Shown here: piece by piece, positions 30,034 through 40,061 of the stretch
Layout of the letters: every line of letters begins with the position of its first letter
Numbering within the stretch: the stretch's first letter is position 1
Source of the DNA: an uncultured virus (IMG/VR IMGVR_UViG_3300044641_005242)
Taxonomy: Duplodnaviria > Heunggongvirae > Uroviricota > Caudoviricetes
DNA length: 55,256 nt
Virus record (IMG/VR): IMGVR_UViG_3300044641_005242
Location: 62,001-117,256 of that record
Reading direction: 5' to 3' (one strand)
Translations under genes and position numbers: made by a program
The notes under the pieces: model-generated
The model's input: the letters and a program-made list of their open reading frames with translations, nothing else
Told to the model about the DNA's origin: nothing
The model's database searches: none

Positions 30034-31416
30034 ATGATACGATTAGTTGATGTTAAATATGATCCAATTTCTATAGAAATTCATGTTTCCGAATCTAGTA
30101 CACATGAAAATGTTTTATTTTTGTGGGAAGATCCATTTACAAAAATCCCACATCATGTTGATCTTGTAGATATGATACCTAAGAATAATTTCTATTCAAA
30201 ACTAAACAGAGGAACAAGTCACTTTCAAAGCAATTTGGTTTTTAAAATAATATCAATAAAAAATTACGAGGTTCTTTTCAGTCATGAAATTAAAAAGTTG
30301 GACTTTTTAAATAGTAAAAAAATCTTGTATATATCTCAAAATAACTATAGTGGTTATAGTTATGCTGCACGAAATTACATATATCAACTATTAAAATCGG
30401 GATATGAGGTACAATGGTGTGTTGATAAATTTGGTAAATCTACATACAAACCATGTAACAAAGAAGAAGAATTGGTATTTGAGTGTATCAATAAAAATAT
30501 AGATTATGAATGTGTTATTATTCATCATGTTCCAGATGCGTGGAATGGTATTTTACAAACACTTCCTAGAAATAAAAAGTTTTATGGTTTGACCGTTTGG
30601 GAAACAACTCTATTACACAGAGATTGGGTTAACATGATAAATAATAGTGTGGATGAAGTTATAGTACCATCAACTTTCAATAAAGATGTATTTAAAAATA
30701 GTGGGATTAATAAAAAAATAAATGTCTGGTATCATGACATATTTCCATTTTGTAAAAACGAACGTATAAATGTTGATAATATTTTCGACAAATTTTTGCT
30801 TTATAAGTCAAATAAATTTGTAAAAGATAGTGGTACAATAAAAGACATAATAAAAAATAAAACTATCTACTATAACATCAGTCAGTACAATGAACGTAAA
30901 AATATAACTCAAGTTATAAGAACATTTTGCAAAAAATTTAAAAGTGACGACAATGTATGTTTATTTATAAAAACGTTTTTTAGATCGTTTTCTAGAAATG
31001 AAATAGAGGTTTTAAAGTATAATTTTACGGAATTATTAAAAAATTTTGGTAATATGCCAGATATAATATTTTGTTTTGATGATTTGAATGATGATGAAAT
31101 AAATGTAATACATGAATTTGGAGATGTATATTTTACCTTGAACAGAGGTGAAGGATTTGGATTATGTACATACACTGCAAAAAAAATTGGTAATAAAATT
31201 ATCTGCGGTAAATTCGGAGCAGAACGAGAGTTTTTAAATGAGAGTGTTGATATATTAATTAATTACACTTTAACTACACCATTCAATATGGAAATCTATC
31301 ATAACTGGTATAACGATGATAAACAAAGATGGGCATCTTATGATGACGATGATGTTATTAGTAAATTACAATATTTTCGAAAAACAATAAAACAATCATA
31401 TAATTATGAAAAATAA
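30034..31416 (+). CDS. GT4-like glycosyltransferase with N-terminal extension
   Basis: SGYSYAAR, TVWETT, IVPSTFN, RKNI, LNRGEGFGL. Paralog of 8593..10008. Confidence 0.9.
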   Translation: MIRLVDVKYDPISIEIHVSESSTHENVLFLWEDPFTKIPHHVDLVDMIPKNNFYSKLNRGTSHFQSNLVFKIISIKNYEVLFSHEIKKLDFLNSKKILYISQNNYSGYSYAARNYIYQLLKSGYEVQWCVDKFGKSTYKPCNKEEELVFECINKNIDYECVIIHHVPDAWNGILQTLPRNKKFYGLTVWETTLLHRDWVNMINNSVDEVIVPSTFNKDVFKNSGINKKINVWYHDIFPFCKNERINVDNIFDKFLLYKSNKFVKDSGTIKDIIKNKTIYYNISQYNERKNITQVIRTFCKKFKSDDNVCLFIKTFFRSFSRNEIEVLKYNFTELLKNFGNMPDIIFCFDDLNDDEINVIHEFGDVYFTLNRGEGFGLCTYTAKKIGNKIICGKFGAEREFLNESVDILINYTLTTPFNMEIYHNWYNDDKQRWASYDDDDVISKLQYFRKTIKQSYNYEK

Positions 31417-31843
31417 GATTAAAACATCGGATGTATTGTTGTTTAGACTACACGAAGGAAAACTTCAAGTACTCTTAACATTAAGAACTCCAGATAGTTT
31501 TGAGGGAAACAAGTGGTGTATACCAGGTGGTCATATAGATGATGGAGAAATACCTTTGGATGGTGGTGTTAGAGAGTTAAAGGAAGAAACTAATGTAGAT
31601 GTGTCCGCAATTAAAAACCAACTCAAATTGATTGGTATGCATCCTATTAGTACTATCAGAAAGGGTTTTGGAGTTACATATGGATGTATATTACCACCAA
31701 ATTATCCACATACATTAAAACCACAAGATGGAGAAATTTCCGAAGTAAAGTGGCACAATGCAAACGAAATACCCCATGATCAAATGGCCTTCGATCACGG
31801 GGATATTGTACAACAACTAATTAACAGATTTAAACGAGACTAA
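31406..31843 (+). CDS. Nudix hydrolase
   Basis: Nudix box PGGHIDDGEIPLDGGVRELKEET; MAFDH. Confidence 0.92.
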   Translation: MKNKIKTSDVLLFRLHEGKLQVLLTLRTPDSFEGNKWCIPGGHIDDGEIPLDGGVRELKEETNVDVSAIKNQLKLIGMHPISTIRKGFGVTYGCILPPNYPHTLKPQDGEISEVKWHNANEIPHDQMAFDHGDIVQQLINRFKRD

Positions 31844-32090
31844 TTTTGTTTGAGTTGTTACCTTTTAATTCTTCTGGCAACAAATCTTCTAATACTGATA
31901 GACAGTTAACGCAATATGGAATTGTTACTGGAATCAATGCATCCTTATCAGTACCGGCTAGTATCTTACTAACTCTTCTAAGAATGATTCCGTTTGAAAA
32001 TACTTGACCCTTACAATCATTACATGCAACTGGTTGAGTATCTTTGATGCTAAAGTTTAGCTTTGGTGTTTGTGTTTCGAATTTATTCAT
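31830..32090 (-). CDS. Zinc-ribbon hypothetical protein
   Basis: CNDC and CVNC pairs in 86 aa. Confidence 0.7.
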   Translation of the reverse strand: MNKFETQTPKLNFSIKDTQPVACNDCKGQVFSNGIILRRVSKILAGTDKDALIPVTIPYCVNCLSVLEDLLPEELKGNNSNKISLV

Positions 32091-32093
32091 AAC

Positions 32094-32495
32094 TTAATTT
32101 ATTCTTTTTCTTTTTTTGTAATCTTCTAACGCGGCATTAAGTGCCTCGGTGGCCAAAACTGAACAGTGAATTTTTACTGGTGGGAGGCCGCCCAACGCAG
32201 TAACAATATCATCATTACTAAAACATCTTTCAAGTTCATCTATTGATTTACCTTTGATTAATGTAGTAGCCATAGATGAGGCCGCTATAGCACTACCACA
32301 TCCAAATGTCTTGAATCTTGCATCCGTTACAGTTCCAGTAACGTCATCGATTTTTAAACTAATTTTCATGATATCACCGCACGCAGCTGCACCTACTTCA
32401 CCAACTGCATCTGCGTCTTTTATGTCACCCATATTTCGTGGGTTCATAAAATGATCCATCACGGTTTGATTATATAATGTATAAGATTCGTTCAT
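32094..32495 (-). CDS. iscU: Fe-S cluster scaffold protein IscU/NifU-N
   Basis: DHFMNPRN, ACGDIM, FKTFGCGSAIAASS, LPPVKIHCS (three Cys and the HscA-binding LPPVK). Confidence 0.95.
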   Translation of the reverse strand: MNESYTLYNQTVMDHFMNPRNMGDIKDADAVGEVGAAACGDIMKISLKIDDVTGTVTDARFKTFGCGSAIAASSMATTLIKGKSIDELERCFSNDDIVTALGGLPPVKIHCSVLATEALNAALEDYKKRKRIN

Positions 32496-32496
32496 A

Positions 32497-33117
32497 TTAT
32501 GAAATTTGTCCTTGAATTACATCATCTGTTAATTTTATACCTCTAAAATAGAGATCATTTAAATTTAAGAATGGACCGCCTAATATACTTTTTTCAAATT
32601 CTAAATATCTAAATTTACTAAATTCTTCGATGGTTAAGAAATCATATGGTTCAAAATTTTTATAGAAGTTAGCCCACATCTTACCACGTTTTATTGTAAA
32701 TGGTGATGAGTGATTATTTTCACCCGAAAACTCTGTTCCATGTATTGGTCTACCAGTTGTTGCTGTACTGAATGTAAATAGTCCTCCTGGCTTTAACATT
32801 CTGATTATATTTTTTATTGAAAACTGCCAAAACATATCATGTTCAAAACATTCTGAACTTATAATGGTGTCAAAGGTTTCATCGGGAAAATTTAAATTAT
32901 GAGTTTCACATGCTAAGTCTACATTTGGACCCAGTTCAAGATCGGTTGATGTATAATCGCAGTTGTTAAATAATGATTTAAGTCTCCAATCAATTACATT
33001 TTTATTGTGATAATTGATGGTATCTAATGCGCCAACCTCCAGTACACGTTTATTGTTAAAGTGGTCTGGATATTTGATCCTAGTTCTTTCAAAAAACCAA
33101 AAAGGTTGTGCGTGCAT
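32497..33117 (-). CDS. Class I SAM-dependent methyltransferase (Methyltransf_11-like)
   Basis: VLEVGA, GPNVD, FDTIISSECFEHD, LKPGG, GRPIHGT. ATG 33117 preferred. Confidence 0.88.
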   Translation of the reverse strand: MHAQPFWFFERTRIKYPDHFNNKRVLEVGALDTINYHNKNVIDWRLKSLFNNCDYTSTDLELGPNVDLACETHNLNFPDETFDTIISSECFEHDMFWQFSIKNIIRMLKPGGLFTFSTATTGRPIHGTEFSGENNHSSPFTIKRGKMWANFYKNFEPYDFLTIEEFSKFRYLEFEKSILGGPFLNLNDLYFRGIKLTDDVIQGQIS

Positions 33118-33118
33118 A

Positions 33119-34249
33119 TTATAGACCAATTTGTTTTAAATCGTTATCAACCATCTTTTTTACCAGACCTTCAAAGTCTGTTTTTGGTTTCCACCCCAAT
33201 TCTCTTCTTGCTTTGGTACTATCTCCTAATAGAATATCTACTTCGGCAGGTCTATAGAACTTTGGATTAATTTTTACCAAGACCGATACAACTGGTTCAT
33301 ATTTAATTGCATCTTTGGTGCTGATACTAAATTCTGATCTTTCTGCTTCACCATGCCATGCACCTTCAATGCCAGCTGCTTTAAAAGCATACCAAACAAA
33401 TTCCGCAATAGTATGTGTTTCATTGCTAGATAGTACATATTCTTCAATTTGCATATTACTATCCATATCAACTCTACATTTTTCTTGATTCAACATCAAC
33501 CAAATACCTCTTACAAAATCTTCAGCATCACTCCAGTCTCTCTTGGCTTTAACATTACCCAATTCAATTGGAGCAAATGATTTACCCTCAAGTATTGCTT
33601 TTTTAATTCTAGCTACACCTTTTGTAATTTTACGTGTAACAAATTCTTCACCTCTACGAGTACCTTCATGATTAAACAATAAACCTTGTACAGCATATAA
33701 GTTGTATGATTCTCTGTATACTTTAACCAATTGTCTTGATGCGGATTTACTAGCTCCATATGGACTACGGGGTTTGGCTGGATGATTTTCATCTTGTGGA
33801 CTATATGTGACATTACCATATTCTTCACTGCTACCAGCGTTGTAGAATCTACAAGATGGTCTATGTTGTCTAATAGATTCAAGTATATGAATTACAGCGG
33901 TGGTATTACACTCCCACGTTTGAGCTGGAAAGTCCCAACTACTACCTACGAATGTTTGTGCGGCTAAATTAACAAAATAGTCTGGTTTAAGATCTTGTAC
34001 AATCTTATTGATACTATGTACATCACTTAGATCAAAGTTAACTAGTTTGAATCTGTCATTTTTTATATGATCGATGTTTTCGTGGTTTTTTGTACTTAGT
34101 CTTCTAGCACCACCGATTATGAAATGATCTGTGGATTCTAGTAAATAATCAACCAAGTGACTACCATCTTGGCCTGTTACTCCGGTAATAAATACAACTT
34201 TGCGATTATTAATAAAACCCTGTACGTCTTTGATGTTTAAAACTTCCAT
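33119..34249 (-). CDS. gmd: GDP-mannose 4,6-dehydratase
   Basis: ITGVTGQDGS, NLAAQ, PRSPYGASK, LFNHE, FVTRKIT, LGNVKAKRDW, FYRPAEVDILLGD. Confidence 0.96.
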   Translation of the reverse strand: MEVLNIKDVQGFINNRKVVFITGVTGQDGSHLVDYLLESTDHFIIGGARRLSTKNHENIDHIKNDRFKLVNFDLSDVHSINKIVQDLKPDYFVNLAAQTFVGSSWDFPAQTWECNTTAVIHILESIRQHRPSCRFYNAGSSEEYGNVTYSPQDENHPAKPRSPYGASKSASRQLVKVYRESYNLYAVQGLLFNHEGTRRGEEFVTRKITKGVARIKKAILEGKSFAPIELGNVKAKRDWSDAEDFVRGIWLMLNQEKCRVDMDSNMQIEEYVLSSNETHTIAEFVWYAFKAAGIEGAWHGEAERSEFSISTKDAIKYEPVVSVLVKINPKFYRPAEVDILLGDSTKARRELGWKPKTDFEGLVKKMVDNDLKQIGL

Positions 34250-34349
34250 ATATTAATCCTTATAGATACGTATTTTCGTACACCAATACAACATTATTTT
34301 ATTTGAATTAAAATTATAAATCGAATTGGTTATCTGATAGATATATCAT

Positions 34350-35486
34350 ATGTGGAAGCTAAATACTAATCATTTTACTTTTTGGGACAGACTAAAGATT
34401 TGTGGATTCTTTTTAAACACCAATAATTTCTGGACATATGGAAAACAAGTTCAAAACTTTGAGAAAAAGATGGCTAAATATGTTGGTAGTAAATATGCTT
34501 TATTTGTATCAAGTGGATCAACAGCAAATACTTTACTTGCTTATTATCTTGATCAAGTAGAAACCAAAAGAAAGATTGTTTTTCCAGCTGTAACTTGGGC
34601 TACATCTATTACTCCATTTATTAAGTGTGGATTTGAACCAGTTTTTGTAGATGTTAAATTGAACGATCTATCAATGGATCTAGATCAAGTGGAAAATATT
34701 CTTAAAGAAGATAAGGATGTTGGAACAATCTTTATTACCGCATTATTGGGTATTTCACCTGATATTGATAGATTGAACTATCTTAAAACCAAATATAAGG
34801 TTAGAATCATGATAGATAGTTGTGAAAGTACCTTTACAAAGTTTAGAGGTAGAAATATTGCTTCATTCTTTACATCAACTACAAGTACATATTTTGGTCA
34901 TATGTTACAAAGTGTTGAAGGTGGTTTTGTATTTACCAACGATGAAAAGGAATATGAACTATTCAATATGATTCGTAATCATGGTATGTATCGTCATTTA
35001 CCACCAGAGAATCAAGAAAAATATAAGAATCCAGAAGTAGATCCATTATTTGATTTTTATTGTATTGGTAATAATTTTAGAAATAGTGACATACATGCAT
35101 ATATTGGTTTGTTGGATTTTAAACGTGTACCTTTATATACATTTCATAGAAAATTCTGTGGTGAGATATTTACATCATTGTTGGATCAAAATTCTTTCTA
35201 TAAGGTTCAAGTCAAGAATGAAGACAATCTGTTTAGTTTACCAATCATTGCAAAAAATAAGGAAACTATTGATAAGATTAAAAAGTTCTGTAAAAATGAG
35301 GGTATAGAATATCGTCCTATTATTGGTGGTAACTTATTGAAACAAACTGCATTTAAGAAATATGGTGTTGCAAGAAAGTTTCCTAATGCTGATATTATCA
35401 ACGAAAATGGTTTGTATGTTGGATTACATTATAGTGTTACCCCAGAACAAATTAGTTGGTTTGTTAAAACAATAAACGATATTTAG
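34350..35486 (+). CDS. colD: PLP-dependent DegT-family enzyme, GDP-4-keto-6-deoxymannose 3-dehydratase (ColD) type
   Basis: FVSSGSTAN, DSCES, STYFGHMLQSVEGG (His at the usual Lys position), RNHG, RPIIGGN. No E1-type GRDCxC Fe-S motif. Divergent from gmd. Confidence 0.75.
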   Translation: MWKLNTNHFTFWDRLKICGFFLNTNNFWTYGKQVQNFEKKMAKYVGSKYALFVSSGSTANTLLAYYLDQVETKRKIVFPAVTWATSITPFIKCGFEPVFVDVKLNDLSMDLDQVENILKEDKDVGTIFITALLGISPDIDRLNYLKTKYKVRIMIDSCESTFTKFRGRNIASFFTSTTSTYFGHMLQSVEGGFVFTNDEKEYELFNMIRNHGMYRHLPPENQEKYKNPEVDPLFDFYCIGNNFRNSDIHAYIGLLDFKRVPLYTFHRKFCGEIFTSLLDQNSFYKVQVKNEDNLFSLPIIAKNKETIDKIKKFCKNEGIEYRPIIGGNLLKQTAFKKYGVARKFPNADIINENGLYVGLHYSVTPEQISWFVKTINDI

Positions 35487-35959
35487 AATTCATCGTCTTC
35501 ATCGTCCTCTTCATCATCAATATCATCTTGCGGAGGACGATCATTGAACATTTTATTAAAGTCACGAAGGTCTTGGGTTTCGATGCCTAATTGATTAAAT
35601 ATCAGTTGAATTGCCACCAATATTTCTGGTGTATGTAATTTCTTTTCGACTGATTTTTCAGCAAAATAATTTGATATCTGGACCAGTGTTTTTTTCACAT
35701 GAAGAGGAAGTCCTTCAAAGTATATCATCATGTCTGATTTTTCTCTATCTATTATCAATCCTGGTATGTCACCAACAGATCTATTTTTTTCTTTTAATAA
35801 AATCATGTTATTTAGTTTATTGAAAAAATCCTTATCTTCGATATCATCTCCAACCAAATTGTTTTTAAGAGAGTTTACATCTTTAGTTTTTATTTTTCTG
35901 GCGATGTTAAAATTTGATAGAACACCATGTTTTGATAATAAGTGAGAAAAGTTAGACAT
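35483..35959 (-). CDS. Hypothetical protein with acidic tail
   Basis: 158 aa, ends DDIDDEEDDEDDEF. Confidence 0.7.
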   Translation of the reverse strand: MSNFSHLLSKHGVLSNFNIARKIKTKDVNSLKNNLVGDDIEDKDFFNKLNNMILLKEKNRSVGDIPGLIIDREKSDMMIYFEGLPLHVKKTLVQISNYFAEKSVEKKLHTPEILVAIQLIFNQLGIETQDLRDFNKMFNDRPPQDDIDDEEDDEDDEF

Positions 35960-36003
35960 TTAAAATTAAATATAAACCTGTAGACCTAATATATATTTTT
36001 ATT

Positions 36004-37005
36004 ATGAAGAAACCCGCAATTTTTATAGACGCGTTTATAACAAGTGAAGAAAAGAAAAAGTGGTTTGATTACAACGTGACTAATTTTATCAAAGAAGGAT
36101 ATGATGTATTTATCATATCAAACAAGATGTCTAGTTTTGATAAATTTTATAATATCAAATACTTTGAGTATGATTCGACAAATCGTATTTTAGCAGACAA
36201 GTCGAAGTATAAGTTATATACAAAGATGAGATGGAGTCGAATTATGATACCATCTGGAGGAGTTCCATATGAATTGAGTGGAACATCTACAATGCATGGA
36301 TTTACAAATTGGACTATTCTTTACAATCTTAAAAAAATTGCAAAGGTACTGAAAAGATTTGGTTATGACCATGCAATACGATGTGAGTATGATGTTGTTT
36401 TTAAGTCGTATAATCTGATGGATACTATATTCAAAAATTTTGGTACAGACGAAAAAAGTAAAAACATGATGATTCTTCCTGGTTCTATGGGAGTTACTAC
36501 AAACTTTTTCTTGTTCGGTACTAATTATATTGATAAATTGATTCCAGATCTTGAAACTGAACACGATTATATGATGTTCATGAGTTCAATATATGGCGAT
36601 AATACTTCTCCAGTTTTAGAAGATTTATTTTGGAAATTAGTTGATAATTCCGCACATTATTTAAATATAGAAGATACATACAATCATATTGAAAAAATAG
36701 ACATGTGTTTATCCGATGGAGATTTTGGTTTGAGACACCCATTCATCTTTAAAAATTTACAAGCAATTCCTATTAATAATAATAGTGAATTTTTTCTATG
36801 CAACACTAGTAATACTAAGATTATTTATTTGGACTTTAAAACTCAAGGTCGAGGCGAACTTTTAAAAATCTATCCAAATTCGTGGTTAAGAGTTGGTAAT
36901 TGTAAGGATTTTGTCGAAATACATTCTTCTGAATCTCCATCCGAAAACTTTATACGATTTGATTTGTCTCAAATGAGTAATTTTACAATAAAACAAATAT
37001 CTTAA
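36004..37005 (+). CDS. Uncharacterised GT-A-like family protein (paralog 1 of 4)
   Basis: IFIDAF, NLKKIAKVLKRFGYDHAIRCEYD, FFLFG. Confidence 0.6.
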   Translation: MKKPAIFIDAFITSEEKKKWFDYNVTNFIKEGYDVFIISNKMSSFDKFYNIKYFEYDSTNRILADKSKYKLYTKMRWSRIMIPSGGVPYELSGTSTMHGFTNWTILYNLKKIAKVLKRFGYDHAIRCEYDVVFKSYNLMDTIFKNFGTDEKSKNMMILPGSMGVTTNFFLFGTNYIDKLIPDLETEHDYMMFMSSIYGDNTSPVLEDLFWKLVDNSAHYLNIEDTYNHIEKIDMCLSDGDFGLRHPFIFKNLQAIPINNNSEFFLCNTSNTKIIYLDFKTQGRGELLKIYPNSWLRVGNCKDFVEIHSSESPSENFIRFDLSQMSNFTIKQIS

Positions 37006-37757
37006 AACCTCTGTTTAAGTATCTTTTTACTATCTTGTAGTATATCTGGATCAAATATCTTTGGTCCTCTACTAATGTATCCTTTGCCACTAGTGAATGT
37101 ACAATTATAACACAATAATTTTAGATTGACCAATGCGTGGTTGTGTTTATTACCATCTTCAAAGTTCAACAACAATGGTAGTTTACCATCTGTAATTCTA
37201 CGTTCATGAAAACCACATTGTTCACATTCTGCTTTTTTGATATTGGATCTAATCAGTTTATCTTTTAAACGATGTACTGGAAAGTTTGGATATTTGCCAT
37301 CCAATACATCTTGAATTGGATACTTGCCTTTATTTGGGTCAACCAATACTCTGTTCACAAAGTTTTTCTTGGTAGGAGGCCATCCTGGTGTTTTATGCAC
37401 ACCATATTTCTTTGCGTATGTTTTGAATGTTTGATAACTAACACCCAATCGTTTTGCTGCTTTTCTGGCTGATGTAGACTTTTCTAATGCTTCTTTGATT
37501 TCTGACTCAACGATTGGTTTATTCTTTTTACTTCTGCCACCTCTACTTGGATAGATTTGATCAGCAAACTCTTTTTCTAGGTGTGGAATGTTTACACCTT
37601 TATCACGAAGCACTTTGTATTCATCTACTTCTCGTCTAACATCGTCACCAATCTGACTTAAACCATATATCTTTTCTACTTTTTCCTTTAAGGCATCAAG
37701 TTCTGCTAATTTTTTGTTAATTAAATCAAAATTGTAGGATGGAATATCATTGTTCAT
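37002..37757 (-). CDS. HTH plus degenerate HNH zinc-finger domain protein
   Basis: SARKAAKRLGVSYQTFKTYA (HTH); CEQC..LLLNFEDGNKHNHALVNLKLLCYNC. Confidence 0.8.
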   Translation of the reverse strand: MNNDIPSYNFDLINKKLAELDALKEKVEKIYGLSQIGDDVRREVDEYKVLRDKGVNIPHLEKEFADQIYPSRGGRSKKNKPIVESEIKEALEKSTSARKAAKRLGVSYQTFKTYAKKYGVHKTPGWPPTKKNFVNRVLVDPNKGKYPIQDVLDGKYPNFPVHRLKDKLIRSNIKKAECEQCGFHERRITDGKLPLLLNFEDGNKHNHALVNLKLLCYNCTFTSGKGYISRGPKIFDPDILQDSKKILKQRF

Positions 37758-38100
37758 TTTTTAAAGATGCTGATAATGGTTCTTTAGCTAAGTCTACGTC
37801 GGTTGTACTTTCAAATATTTTCCTAAGTATTTCGGCTCGTTTAAACATACTGGCATTTAATAAAACTTTGTATGTGTTGATATATTTGGCTTTACCATCC
37901 ATTGATTTTATTGGTTTACACATTATAACTGGATTAACCAGAAAATCTTCTTCGGTCATATGAATTGAACTTGACTTCATCTCAACAGCTCTGGTACACG
38001 CTTCTACATACGCATCATCAAAGATATCTGGGTCTACATCAACATTCATTTTCCAATTTGCGGAACTTACATTAAACTTTAATATTTTAGTTTTTGCCAT
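37747..38100 (-). CDS. Hypothetical protein (paralog of 46320..46775)
   Basis: VSSANWK, EACTRAVE, VLLNASM. Confidence 0.7.
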   Translation of the reverse strand: MAKTKILKFNVSSANWKMNVDVDPDIFDDAYVEACTRAVEMKSSSIHMTEEDFLVNPVIMCKPIKSMDGKAKYINTYKVLLNASMFKRAEILRKIFESTTDVDLAKEPLSASLKNEQ

Positions 38101-39694
38101 AATTCAAATCTCCATCATTTAATAGATCTAGGTTACTTAGTTTCTGATTTACACTATTACATACTTGTTCTTCGATGGTGTTTGCCACGAACACAATCTT
38201 TTGTATACTCTTTGTTTTAGCACTATCACGCCATACTCTTCCAGTGGATTGACGCATTAATACAGCCGAGTACGAAGGACATATTAACGACAATCTTGGA
38301 AAATTACCATTCAAATCGTGTAAATTTAATCCTGCACCGCCAGCTGCGATGTTGACAAGTATTATTCTACTTTTATCTGATTGAAAATCATCAACGGCTT
38401 GTTGTCTATCTTTGTCTGATACAACACCATTCACAATACATTTGGTCTTGAGTCTATCTGATAATGCATTGATAGTTCCGGTAAAATTACAGAATATAGC
38501 CACACTCATGCCATTCTCAATACCTTCCTCTGCCATTTCTATAATAAGAGGTACCTTGAACATTTCAACTTTTTGTCTAGCACGAAGGATTGCAACCATT
38601 TGGGTTTGACCCTTGTCTTTTTTGAGTTGCCTTTCAATCTTTAACAACTCTAATTGCATTTCTTCGTATGCTTTGTTGATCTTGTCTTGATCCTCTTTTT
38701 CCATTTCATAACATTCTGCTGTAATTTGACTTTCTGGAAAGTTAGGTATGGTATCACGATTAAGACGAACACCTCTATTGATAAAAATGTCATTGCTAAG
38801 TTTTGCTAACGATTTCTTGTCGCCTGTAAATTCCATTCCAAATCTGCCTCTGACAACTCCGTGTGCATAGGCCCATTCATAATATTGCTTGCTGCTCTTA
38901 AACAACTGAATACATTGTCCTACCGTTCTTAACTCCAGTGGGTTGGTTGCCATAGTAGCACTGCAAAACAACATCTTGTATCCAGATTTGAGTGCTGCCA
39001 TACAAGTTTCACTATTCTTGGTCTTGGCATTCTTTAGTTTTTGTGCTTCATCCCAAACAATAAGAGTATTTTTTGGTATCTTCCAAACGAATTCTTTACG
39101 TCTGGTATCTCTTCTTTTGACATATGATGCAATTACACTATCAGATTTACCCATACGTAATGCTTCATAGTTAACAATACCAGCACATTTACCCCACATT
39201 TTAAAGTGGTTCTTAATAACACGTTTCCAAGATTCTTTAACTGCTTTTGGACATACTACCAATATGTCCATATCTAATTCTCTGGCTACGCCACATGCGG
39301 TGTATGTTTTGCCGATGCCTACGTCACTACCATCTACGGCAGCACCCCATTTGTTTAGTGATGATACGATTTTACTAACAGCACCTACTTGCCATGGACG
39401 CAAACCATCTTGTTTAACTACTTCGTAGAGTGGAAGTGGTTCATCTGACTTTTGTTTCTTAATAGCTTTTTCTTTAAAAAGAGTTGGGTTATCTTTGGTT
39501 TCGGTCAGAACCCAATCGTTATCTCTTTTGGTAACACTATAACCTTTATCTTTGAGGCTTAATTTATTTACTTTCCAGTAAACAAAGAATTGGTTTAAGT
39601 ATTGAGAAGGTATTTTCCATTCACGAATAAATGTTACTTCTCCATTTTTTTCTATTTGAATTGGATCTGACCATCTGATATCCAAATTTATCAT
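38087..39694 (-). CDS. SF2 (SNF2-like) helicase
   Basis: LRPWQ, DVGIGKT, VVCPK, NYE, WDEAQ, SAT, AGGAGLNL, QSTGRVWR, TIEE. Confidence 0.93.
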   Translation of the reverse strand: MINLDIRWSDPIQIEKNGEVTFIREWKIPSQYLNQFFVYWKVNKLSLKDKGYSVTKRDNDWVLTETKDNPTLFKEKAIKKQKSDEPLPLYEVVKQDGLRPWQVGAVSKIVSSLNKWGAAVDGSDVGIGKTYTACGVARELDMDILVVCPKAVKESWKRVIKNHFKMWGKCAGIVNYEALRMGKSDSVIASYVKRRDTRRKEFVWKIPKNTLIVWDEAQKLKNAKTKNSETCMAALKSGYKMLFCSATMATNPLELRTVGQCIQLFKSSKQYYEWAYAHGVVRGRFGMEFTGDKKSLAKLSNDIFINRGVRLNRDTIPNFPESQITAECYEMEKEDQDKINKAYEEMQLELLKIERQLKKDKGQTQMVAILRARQKVEMFKVPLIIEMAEEGIENGMSVAIFCNFTGTINALSDRLKTKCIVNGVVSDKDRQQAVDDFQSDKSRIILVNIAAGGAGLNLHDLNGNFPRLSLICPSYSAVLMRQSTGRVWRDSAKTKSIQKIVFVANTIEEQVCNSVNQKLSNLDLLNDGDLNYGKN

Positions 39695-39696
39695 AA

Positions 39697-39996
39697 TTAG
39701 TCACCCATTTCGTTTCTGTATTTAACATTACGAGCATGTTCATGAATATTGGATCTAACATGACGGCCATCTTTACGATGTACTCCCACATCAAACTTCT
39801 CCATCATTAGTTCAGTGAAGTAAACACCTTGGTTATCATCATAACCATAACCCAAGTTAGCCATATCATCCATGTAGGACTTTCTGGTTTTCTTATGAAC
39901 TTTTTTACAAAGTTCTTCTAAGTAGTTAACTACTTCGTTTACGTTGTTTTTATATACAATCTTGTTGATTGTAGTGTCTTTAATGTAATAACTCAT
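39697..39996 (-). CDS. Hypothetical protein
   Basis: 99 aa ORF co-oriented with the helicase. Confidence 0.7.
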   Translation of the reverse strand: MSYYIKDTTINKIVYKNNVNEVVNYLEELCKKVHKKTRKSYMDDMANLGYGYDDNQGVYFTELMMEKFDVGVHRKDGRHVRSNIHEHARNVKYRNEMGD

Positions 39997-40061
39997 ATAT
40001 AGTATATATCCTTATATACCATATAAATAGTACTAATTCAAGTACTTTAAATATTATATTG

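Noticed and set aside
35487..35530. tcatc/tcgtc low-complexity repeat
   Set aside because: It simply encodes the acidic Asp/Glu tail of 35483..35959.
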